From Candidatus Thalassarchaeum sp. (GTDB taxonomy: Archaea; Thermoplasmatota; Poseidoniia; Poseidoniales; Thalassarchaeaceae): a stretch of DNA of 42,729 bases. Below the pieces are notes generated by a model. That model saw only the letters and a program-made list of their open reading frames with translations. It was not told where the DNA came from and did no database searches. Positions 16,723-25,100 of this stretch are shown here, one piece after another (position 1 is the stretch's first letter; each line of letters starts with the position of its first letter). The stretch spans positions 1 to 42,729 of the forward strand of contig JAKUOE010000002.1 in the NCBI GenBank assembly GCA_022449845.1. The letters run 5' to 3'. A program made the translations under genes and the position numbers.

Positions 16723-19022
16723 TACGTAGAGAGCGAGATGAAGAAGCCGTTTCTGCGGCCATCGCAACCGTTCTCCTATTCGCTGGAGTCATTTCGATTA
16801 TCTCGGGAATGATGGTGACGGTGATTCCCGTCATTGATGAGTTACATGGTGCTGTCGAACGAGAGAACATGGTCGGACAGATGGAGGATCTCGCCTCCGA
16901 GACGGAACGCTTGAGCGAATCGGGAACCCCTGGAGATGCAGCGCGAATGACAATTCGCCCACATACTGGGAATTTGGGTTGGCAATTGTTGGAAGGAGGG
17001 ACGTGGTACAGCGCCACCCATCAACCAGACAGTGCATTCCGACTAGAGGGAGTTTTAGATCTCGATGATACGATGAGGATGAGGCACGCAGAACACACCA
17101 TAGAGAGTCTCTGCGCAACCGATTTGCATGCTTCTTCTGAATCGTTGAATCATTACCGGCTTCCAATTCTAGATGCGACCGTTTCAGCAACGCCACTCAA
17201 TGCGCTAACGACATTGCTGGGGGCAAATGAGATCAGTTTGGAAAATTCAGAAGGTGTCAATACACAAACGATGGCCACCGATGAAGTGTGGTCATCAGCA
17301 ATCCAATCGGACGATGGAGAGGCATGGATTCACAGTGAAATGCCACTCAGAGTCGTGATGTGGAGAGGGGAGGGGGGCGCTTTCATCGCAACCCCTGACC
17401 AACCTGAACCTGGTTCTGATGAAGGACGAAGTTGGACGATTCCACTGATTGCGAACTCTCACTCAATCCATCTTGAATCCGATGCACCATTCACAGTTGA
17501 ATGGGAAGCAGGGTCGTTGGAAGGCAGTGGAAGTTCATCACCGATTTCCATCGTGCAATCCCCTTCTGACGAAGGTGATATCGTACACATTTTGCAAACA
17601 GAAATCACGGTTTCAGAGACCGAACAACTGGTCGTCAGAGCATCGGCAAATGCCCGTCTTGTCCTTCACTGGGGCGATGGTGTGGATCTGGATGGTGAGG
17701 GTCCAGGTTCGTTCGCATGGCCTGATCGAAGTGGTTCATCAACAGGGATTCACTTCAGGCCTCCAGCAATGGACGGGTCGCTTCTAATCCACAATCCCAA
17801 CAGCGCCCCAACAACTGCAAAGATTGGAGAATTATTCCATTCAATCAGTGGTTACGCGAGCATGCGAGGCCCGTGGGATGTAAGTGAACTCTCGTGGGTT
17901 GAAGGGGGCCATCCAATCCAAGTCGAATGGGTCCTTGACACACAGACTGTTGGAAGTTCAGCGACGCATGCTGCAAGTTGGAGGCCGGGAAGTTTGTCAA
18001 TTTCCACAGCTGCAGATACAGGCAGGATATCGGGGGCTGACTGGAAGTTTGAACCAGCGAAGAGTGGTGGAGCTGCCCAATCACCCGCAGTGGGGGAAAC
18101 ACAATTCATCATGCAACCTGCTGGACCCACAGCAATTTGGTCGACCAATCTGAATCAGAATGGGGTACTCAACCACAGTGATTCAGCGATTTCGTTGTCT
18201 CTGAATACAGACCACATCGGAACAGTTTCCATTGAGACGACTGTAGGGTCGCTTCGCACGTATATATCCACAGGAGACGATGGAGGAACCGAAATCCCAG
18301 AAGATGGAGCGGAGAGATGTGTGAACATTGACCTCCGTGCATCTGGCTGGATTGAAGTCAGTCTACCCTGGTCGGAAGTGGCTCATCTAAAGACCAGTGA
18401 GATTCGGAACGCATGGCAAGATGGGTCTCATTTCTTCGGAGTTCAACTGTCCATTCGAGGGCCGGTAGGGGATGATCCACATGCAACACTAGGATCTGCA
18501 TGGGCACTACATTTGCCAAGACTCACCTACACATTCGACTCGAGTGTGAGCAATCTTCAGATTCTGACCAGAGGTGGATTCGTGGGGACCAATCATCCAG
18601 AATACAAAGCAGATGTACTGGTTCCACCACCGTCTAGAGAAGGCCCGGGGCCGAGACTGGCAGCGACTGTGCCTGTGGCGATGCCGTCCATGGATTCGGT
18701 CGGTGGATCGACTGAACTTGAAATGACATTGACACTAGACGTTCGAGAACAGGTCGCGACCATGACCGCACATGAGGTTCGCCGCGGTTGGGATGGACCA
18801 TACGCGATTGCAATCGCCGCAGAGAGTTCCGCAGAAGTCGAATTCTCTTCAGATTGGTTGGCATTCCCAGGACAAGTGGACAGGTTGACCGATTACGTTG
18901 GGTGGGTGCAAACCTCTCCCACAATGCCTGAAGTTGTCTATCATGCAGGGGGAGAATCGGTGCTTTTCAATCTTCAAGTCGCAAGTCTAACCAGTCAGAC
19001 GACTGTTGGAGGTAGTTCATGA
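16719..19022 (+). CDS. Large (767 aa) pilin-like/secreted protein with class III signal-peptide-like N-terminus
   Basis: The N-terminus MIRRERDEEAVSAAIATVLLFAGVISIISGMMVTVIPVI shows the same charged-leader/AVS/hydrophobic-helix pattern. The start overlaps the upstream stop (ATGA at 16719..16722) and the stop overlaps the next start (ATGA at 19019..19022). Confidence 0.7.
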   Translation: MIRRERDEEAVSAAIATVLLFAGVISIISGMMVTVIPVIDELHGAVERENMVGQMEDLASETERLSESGTPGDAARMTIRPHTGNLGWQLLEGGTWYSATHQPDSAFRLEGVLDLDDTMRMRHAEHTIESLCATDLHASSESLNHYRLPILDATVSATPLNALTTLLGANEISLENSEGVNTQTMATDEVWSSAIQSDDGEAWIHSEMPLRVVMWRGEGGAFIATPDQPEPGSDEGRSWTIPLIANSHSIHLESDAPFTVEWEAGSLEGSGSSSPISIVQSPSDEGDIVHILQTEITVSETEQLVVRASANARLVLHWGDGVDLDGEGPGSFAWPDRSGSSTGIHFRPPAMDGSLLIHNPNSAPTTAKIGELFHSISGYASMRGPWDVSELSWVEGGHPIQVEWVLDTQTVGSSATHAASWRPGSLSISTAADTGRISGADWKFEPAKSGGAAQSPAVGETQFIMQPAGPTAIWSTNLNQNGVLNHSDSAISLSLNTDHIGTVSIETTVGSLRTYISTGDDGGTEIPEDGAERCVNIDLRASGWIEVSLPWSEVAHLKTSEIRNAWQDGSHFFGVQLSIRGPVGDDPHATLGSAWALHLPRLTYTFDSSVSNLQILTRGGFVGTNHPEYKADVLVPPPSREGPGPRLAATVPVAMPSMDSVGGSTELEMTLTLDVREQVATMTAHEVRRGWDGPYAIAIAAESSAEVEFSSDWLAFPGQVDRLTDYVGWVQTSPTMPEVVYHAGGESVLFNLQVASLTSQTTVGGSS

Positions 19023-19492
19023 TGGGGCGGCGTTTGGTTGACGATGATTCCGCTGCGGCGACAGAGATTGGATATGTGTTCACTTTCCTGCTCGGATTGA
19101 TGTTCCTATCCGCATTCTCGATTTGGGTTTGGGATCTTGAGGTTTCGACTCAGAATCGATGGACAGAAGAGGCCTTGGAAGAGAATCTGCTGTCTGTTGG
19201 AGCCGCGGGAGAGCGGGCAGATGAAGCCGCCCGATTGGATATCGATGCCCGTTACGCGGAACCTGTTGATTTGCACCTTTCCACAGCAGTGGGTCTAAAC
19301 CTCGAGATGTGGTTAACCGACGAGGCACTGCATCTTTCCGATGGAGAGCAAGTCCACCGCACAAGTCAACCCATCTCCGGTGCCGCAGCAACAACCCATT
19401 CAGGTGTGATTAACCTCGCGGGTGTTGAAACAATCTGGGTCGTACTCGATGCCGGGCAAGTCACCATTCAGGTCGAGCAGCCTGGATTCTAA
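19019..19492 (+). CDS. Small (157 aa) pilin-like protein, third gene of the coupled trio
   Basis: The N-terminus MMGRRLVDDDSAAATEIGYVFTFLLGLMFLSAFSIWVW has a charged leader followed by a hydrophobic helix, a looser match to the class III pattern. It is translationally coupled to the upstream gene. Confidence 0.55.
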   Translation: MMGRRLVDDDSAAATEIGYVFTFLLGLMFLSAFSIWVWDLEVSTQNRWTEEALEENLLSVGAAGERADEAARLDIDARYAEPVDLHLSTAVGLNLEMWLTDEALHLSDGEQVHRTSQPISGAAATTHSGVINLAGVETIWVVLDAGQVTIQVEQPGF

Positions 19493-22026
19493 TGCCCACC
19501 CATAATCGCACGGTGCATCTGACCCTGGACCTCGCGCATACGCGCGCCAGCACCGAGTTCACGGAAGCCTGTCAATGCTCTTTGCAAGTAATTCATTCGT
19601 TCAGATTTCTCAGGAGCAGCCTCGCCCAAGCGGGCCAACAATTCACCGATGAGTGGGCGGAAATCATTGGCTTCAGCCATAGCCAATCCATCCAGATAGT
19701 GTTCAACTGCCTCTTCAGCGCGCCCGGCATCAGACAAGGCCTCACCCAACAGGATTGTAATCTCGACAGCACTGCGTTGGTCGGTCTCTTCAGCCATTTG
19801 ATCCAGCGCTTCAGAATAGTGGTGGAGTGCGAGGTCCGCATCCCCCGTTCGAGCGTAAAAGCGGCCTAGAACAGCCCGTGAACGTGCGTGGAGTCCCACG
19901 TTCTCAGATTGTTCGGTTTCTTCATACGCAGATAATGCGTGCTCACGGGCTCGATCAATCTCTCCCATTTCGAGTAGAGCTGAGGCCAATTTGATGCGAA
20001 CTTCCAGCAGTTCCGGGTCGTCCTCTGCTTCAAGGAGTTCCTCAACGTTGCCATAAACCTCCAAAGCACGCTTGGTGTCCTTGCGATGGCGGAAAATGTA
20101 ACCCATGTTGGTATAGGTTCGGGCAGCACCCTTTGCATCTCCTGTGTCGATGAATAATTCAAGGGCTTGACGGTGCAACTCTAGTGCAGAATCCGATTCG
20201 CCGCGTTGAACTGCAAGGTCAGCCTTGCTCGATAGGAGGCGCCCCTCCATCTCTCGCCTCTTTTCTTTCTTCACCAGTGGAAGCGCCGCTTCGTATTCGG
20301 ATTGAGCATCATCCCATCGGCCTTGGAGAGACAAAATGTCTCCACGCATCTCAAGAATGGGCGCCCATGTACCGGGTTGAAATTGCGTTTCGTCCAGATC
20401 CTGGAGAAGGGGGAGTAACTCCATGTGGCCGCTGCGAACAAGAGTGCGGCCGTTTTCATCCAAGACTTCTCCCAACGAATCCGTATCGCCTGAATTGACG
20501 AGATGGTAGATGTACTCCAATTGCTGTTCAGGGGAATCACGGCGGGTTCGATACCAGGCGCAGGCCGCTCCGTGTAATGCAGTTGCGATTGCGGTATCGA
20601 ACGTTCTGAGAAGGAATTCTCGAACAAGGTCGTGAACGTCGTAGTGTTCACTATCCGCTTGTCGAGCCAAACCCTTCTCAACGAGGTCATCGAGTAAGTC
20701 GGTCTCGATTTCATGATTCGATAACGCGTCGAGTGGCATCGGCTCTCGATAGATGGCGATGGCCCCGAGTACACGTTTCTCAGCACCGGAAAGCCGGCTG
20801 AAGATTTCCTCTTCAACAAATGTTTCCAGCGTATCGTGGAACGTTGAACCGACAGAACCACGATTAATCAGTTGTAGAATCAATGGATGACCTCTAGAGA
20901 GTGTGTAAATGTGTAGGAAAGCAGACATGTCGATGTCAGGCATAGAGGTTAGAAGATGACGACTCGCAGATTGATCCAATCCCTCCAATGGTAGAACAAG
21001 GGCAGAGATGTTGCCTTCAGGATCCTTCAGAGGAACGACGGCGCGGAATGAGCGACTAAACATCACCAATCCACATTCCTGAACATCGCTCATTCGCTGA
21101 GAGAGAGCACGAATAATCGCAAAAAGAGCATCGTCGTTGACCTTGTGTAAATCGTCGATGACGATGAGTGAGGGGATTTCTTCAAGTGCACCAATGATTA
21201 GATTGACGGCGACGGATGATTGGGGTACGGCGGTAGCGTGGATGTAGTCAGACAGGTCGTCATCGCCGATGGTCGATAACCACTCAGCACAGGCCTCCAA
21301 GAAAGCCCGACTACCCTCCCAATCCTGACAGCGATGGTACAGTAGATTGCGTCGATGTGTGTATTGCTCGATGACCTTGCCAGCGAGTGCTGTTTTCCCG
21401 ATTCCAGCAATGCCGGGAACCAGAAGACAGGATGAGCGTGCATCCAGAAGGGCACAGATGTTCTCCAGTTCGGTTTCACGACCGAAGAAGGAGCGGGTAC
21501 GCGGAAGATCACCTAGCGATGTGACGAGTTGTTTCTCAACGTGTTTGTCGAGGTCGCGCTGAATTAATTCCTCATTGAGAGTCCGAAGGTCGAGCATACC
21601 ATTGTCGTCCATGTAACGAAGAACATCAACGGCCCGGAGAGGGAATGTAGCAATGTCGATTGAACCAGCCAATGTGGTGGTATGCGTGACGCCATCCTTA
21701 TCCACCAATCGAACAGGGTGTTCGGAAAGACGCTTCCACGTTTCTTCGGCTTGAACCACGCCTGAATCGGTCAGGAAATACGCCTTGCGCTTTCGGCTGA
21801 CTCCGGCGACATGGGCCTGACGTTCAATCAGATGATTAGCATCTTTCAAACCGGCAATGGCGCGCGGGACATTGCTTCGCGCGATCGCCACAGCATTCGC
21901 GATACCCATCTGTGAAAGTGCAAAGGGAACTTCGACGGATTCGGTGTAATCAGTATAGTCTCGGAGATGGAGCATGATTCGTTCCTGAACACCGGGACGT
22001 GGATGACTCATTTTCACCAACTCCAT
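19489..22026 (-). CDS. STAND-type NTPase: N-terminal winged-HTH, P-loop ATPase (AAA_16/NB-ARC-like) and C-terminal TPR array, 845 aa
   Basis: wHTH-like aa ~15-100 (FALSQMGIANAVAIARSNVPRAIAGLKDANHLIERQ...KAYFLTDSG). 'FFGRETELENICALLD' is followed by Walker A PGIAGIGKT (21391..21417) and Walker B LIVIDDLH. aa ~560-830 have TPR-like repeats (A..Y..AL......D....A....LG..Y). The alternative start is the ATG at 22011. Confidence 0.85.
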   Translation of the reverse strand: MELVKMSHPRPGVQERIMLHLRDYTDYTESVEVPFALSQMGIANAVAIARSNVPRAIAGLKDANHLIERQAHVAGVSRKRKAYFLTDSGVVQAEETWKRLSEHPVRLVDKDGVTHTTTLAGSIDIATFPLRAVDVLRYMDDNGMLDLRTLNEELIQRDLDKHVEKQLVTSLGDLPRTRSFFGRETELENICALLDARSSCLLVPGIAGIGKTALAGKVIEQYTHRRNLLYHRCQDWEGSRAFLEACAEWLSTIGDDDLSDYIHATAVPQSSVAVNLIIGALEEIPSLIVIDDLHKVNDDALFAIIRALSQRMSDVQECGLVMFSRSFRAVVPLKDPEGNISALVLPLEGLDQSASRHLLTSMPDIDMSAFLHIYTLSRGHPLILQLINRGSVGSTFHDTLETFVEEEIFSRLSGAEKRVLGAIAIYREPMPLDALSNHEIETDLLDDLVEKGLARQADSEHYDVHDLVREFLLRTFDTAIATALHGAACAWYRTRRDSPEQQLEYIYHLVNSGDTDSLGEVLDENGRTLVRSGHMELLPLLQDLDETQFQPGTWAPILEMRGDILSLQGRWDDAQSEYEAALPLVKKEKRREMEGRLLSSKADLAVQRGESDSALELHRQALELFIDTGDAKGAARTYTNMGYIFRHRKDTKRALEVYGNVEELLEAEDDPELLEVRIKLASALLEMGEIDRAREHALSAYEETEQSENVGLHARSRAVLGRFYARTGDADLALHHYSEALDQMAEETDQRSAVEITILLGEALSDAGRAEEAVEHYLDGLAMAEANDFRPLIGELLARLGEAAPEKSERMNYLQRALTGFRELGAGARMREVQGQMHRAIMGGH

Positions 22027-22065
22027 ACTGATTGTGACTCATCCCTTATTGATACTGATGTGAGT

Positions 22066-22099
22066 ACGCCCGACCTGACCCAATGACCAAGTCGGGCGT
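22066..22099 (-). terminator. 9-bp stem-loop 9 nt after the stop of the beta-helix adhesin gene (terminator-like, no U-tract on the sense strand)
   Basis: Plus strand acgcccgac-(16 nt loop ctgacccaatgaccaa)-gtcgggcgt. On the mRNA strand it follows UGA-GGUAAA. The T-run (22099..22102) is on the opposite strand. Confidence 0.35.
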
Positions 22100-22108
22100 T
22101 TTACCTCA

Positions 22109-25100
22109 TCATTCGTTGTCTGGAACCCACTTGTTCTGCTCCGCATCCCACTTCCAGCCGGGATATCCGGATACGGCAGGGGCAGCGGCCTCTTGAACGG
22201 CGGGCTGGGCAACCTGTGTGGCTGCAGCTTCCTGTTCCTGACGCTCCTTCGCCCATGCATAGGGATCGACTTCTTCGGCAGCGGCCTCTTCAAGATCATC
22301 CTCATATTCGTCCTCAAATTCAACGAAGAAGAAGACGAAAACGCCACCGAGAAGGGCGAGTACAATCAAACCGAGAACGGTGAGGCCAATCCACTTCAAG
22401 AGACCTGAGCCTTCATCGAGGCCTCCTTCGACAACAATCTCTGAATCTTCATTCATTGGCTGTCCGATGCTACCATATTCGAAGACAATGGTGTTGGAAC
22501 CCTTGTCGAGTCGATTTCCGGGGATCTCCAAGGTCCATGTTCCATCTTCCCCGACCACTGTACTACCGAGGCGGAGTCCAGAACCAGTCTCACCGATGAC
22601 ACTGACTGTTGGACGTCCCTTTCCACTGTAGACAAGAATGTCGGATGCACTGATTTGTCCGGGGCAGCCCGCGACAAAGGCACCATCCTCCATGATGCCG
22701 GCACATTGTGATTCAAACGAGACACCGACGACATCGAAATCAAGAGGGTCGGATGAGATGGTGCTCCCAGCACTGTCTCGAACCTGGAAGATGACATCCT
22801 GTAAGTCCCAATCTTCCATGGATCCAGAGTAAAAGGACATCGAGAGGGGGTTGTAGTTGGCCACACCATTGCTGCCGACTGTGATAACCTCGGCGTACAA
22901 ATCATCCTCAAACATATCCGGCTGATCTAGGACATAGTAGGACAGGCTGTCACCCGCATCAACATCCGAGAAGAATTCGGTGAGGTCGATGTAATAGCCA
23001 TCGCCGCACCGGTTCTGAGATGCACCCTCTTCTTCACAGAAAATGGTCACAGAGTCGGGCCAGTTGGTCGAATTGAAGGCAGGGCGAGTATTGTCCTGAT
23101 TGGGTGGGTTATCGATGATAACCTCAATCGAAGCAGCGTCACTGTACTGGAATCCGTCGAACGAACGGACTTCAACGATGTAGTGGTAATTGTGGACCAA
23201 ATTGGTCGTATCCCACGTGGTCGCCCAGCCTCCATTTGCCGCAATATCCTGGACCAACGAATGTGGACCTTCGGGCATCTCAAGGAAGCCAGCTTGTGGA
23301 TCCTTGATGACAATCTCCACCTTTGTGACGGTGCCATCTGTATCGCGGGCGACCCCACTCAGTAGGGTGTCCTCACTGGCAGTAATCGTCTGTAGGTCGA
23401 ACGGAGTCAGTAACTGGACAACAGGGATTGCATTGTCGTTGTCGACTTCAAGCGACAATACAACTGGAGTGCACTCATCGGATGAGGTGGTACAGAACGC
23501 GGAATCACTGGCCCAAACTGTGACCGTGTAGGTTCCAGAAGGCAGGTGACCGACCGTCCAATCAGCAGACCAAGCGGTACCACCTTGTTTGTCGAACAAA
23601 TTGTAGTAATTGTTCGGGCCATCGACTTCAAACCAAATTCGCTGGATATCGCTACCGAAAATGCCGCTGTAGGCATCCGAAGCACGTCCAGTAAAGTGAA
23701 CCACGCCATCATCGACGACGGTGCCAGATGCGGGGCCATCAACCCAAATGGCTGGAGGTTCAGTGTTGAGTTTGATTGTTCGAGTAACGATTTGAGATTC
23801 TGTCACACCATCATATGAACGGAACTCAAAGGTGTAGTCACCCTCGGGTTGATCGCTCATGTCGAATTCGAAATACCAATGACTGAACGGGTGATTGTTG
23901 TAAGTCACTTCGCCATCCGAATTACTGTCATCGACCGCGAGACGCATGTCGACCCAATCGCTGGTAAAGGGATCTTTGACCTGAACCTCATCAACTGCAC
24001 CCTGTTGGTCCCAGCGCGCCAATTCATCGGAAGCATAGATTCCAGCCCATTGACCATCGTGAGCCGTACCAGTGAAGTTCACCGAACGCTTGAACGAATG
24101 TCCATCATTCTGGTTCACTGTGATACTGGGTTCGAGATTTTCCAATGAGACAATCTCGGTTAGTACACCGGTTTGGCTGGTCATTGTCAGACTGTATTTC
24201 TTGTAGACCTTGCCGAACTTGTACGCGGACACGTAGTACAGAGACAATTCTCTGCTGTTAGGTCCAGCTTGACAATCGGGGTCGTCCGAATCGTAAATGA
24301 GGTCGCCATCATTGTCGATTCCATCACTGCATGAATTCTCACCTTCATCATCGGCATAGCGATCTGGGTTGATTCCACCAGGGCCACCACCCGTCATATC
24401 GAGATGGAAATCACTGGCTAGAGATACCTCTGGGGTCCAACCTTGACTGTCCGTCGTTAGACTGTACAAGTCATCACCATGACTGTCTTCAATCAAGACG
24501 GTGGAACCACCGACGCGAATACCTTCAACGATGGTTCGGAACTTGACAATCTCAGCCTTACGAATCTGTACGGCCCACTTGATTGGAGAGGTGTCGATGT
24601 AAATGTTGGACGTATCCAAACCGGTCAGGTTCGAATAGGTGAACACAGTGGAATTGTTGGTCATCTCCATGGCCAATGGGAAATTCTGAGGTGGCCAAAC
24701 ACTGCATGGTGGAATCAAGACTTGACCATCCCAATTGGTCCACTCTGCTGCTTCAACATCTGGCCATGATAGAGTGACGGGGTTGGTCGTGTTCACTTGC
24801 TGATTGGGGATAGGGATGTTCTCTGACTGGACTGTCACACTGCTCTTGGTGACATTGTAAGTCTGACCAACACCCATCCACGTATTCATGGAGAAAAAGG
24901 CGAGAGAACCATACTGTGGATCATTCGCATAATTGGTATCGTGATGCTTGATCATCGCACCGGTAGCCGTCGAATTGATGACATTGTTTCGAACATCCAA
25001 CAAGGCACCAATGGCTCGGATGCCATCACCCTCGCCACCAATCGTAATGTCATTGTTCAGGAGTGTCAGCGATGAACGGAAAGCGTGCACTGCGGGCCAA

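Noticed and set aside
20271-20861. 196-aa minus-strand ORF in an alternative frame inside the STAND NTPase gene
   Set aside because: It is on the same strand but out of frame with an ORF that carries Walker A/B and TPR motifs. Its sequence is Ser/Arg/Thr-rich with no features.
19489-22026. Orc1/Cdc6-type replication initiator (an AAA+ protein with a winged helix), which would imply a nearby origin
   Set aside because: The domain order is wrong: the wHTH is N-terminal rather than C-terminal. The protein has a long TPR array and an AAA_16/STAND-like 'FFGRE.EL' lead-in. No ORB-like repeats were seen in the adjacent spacers.
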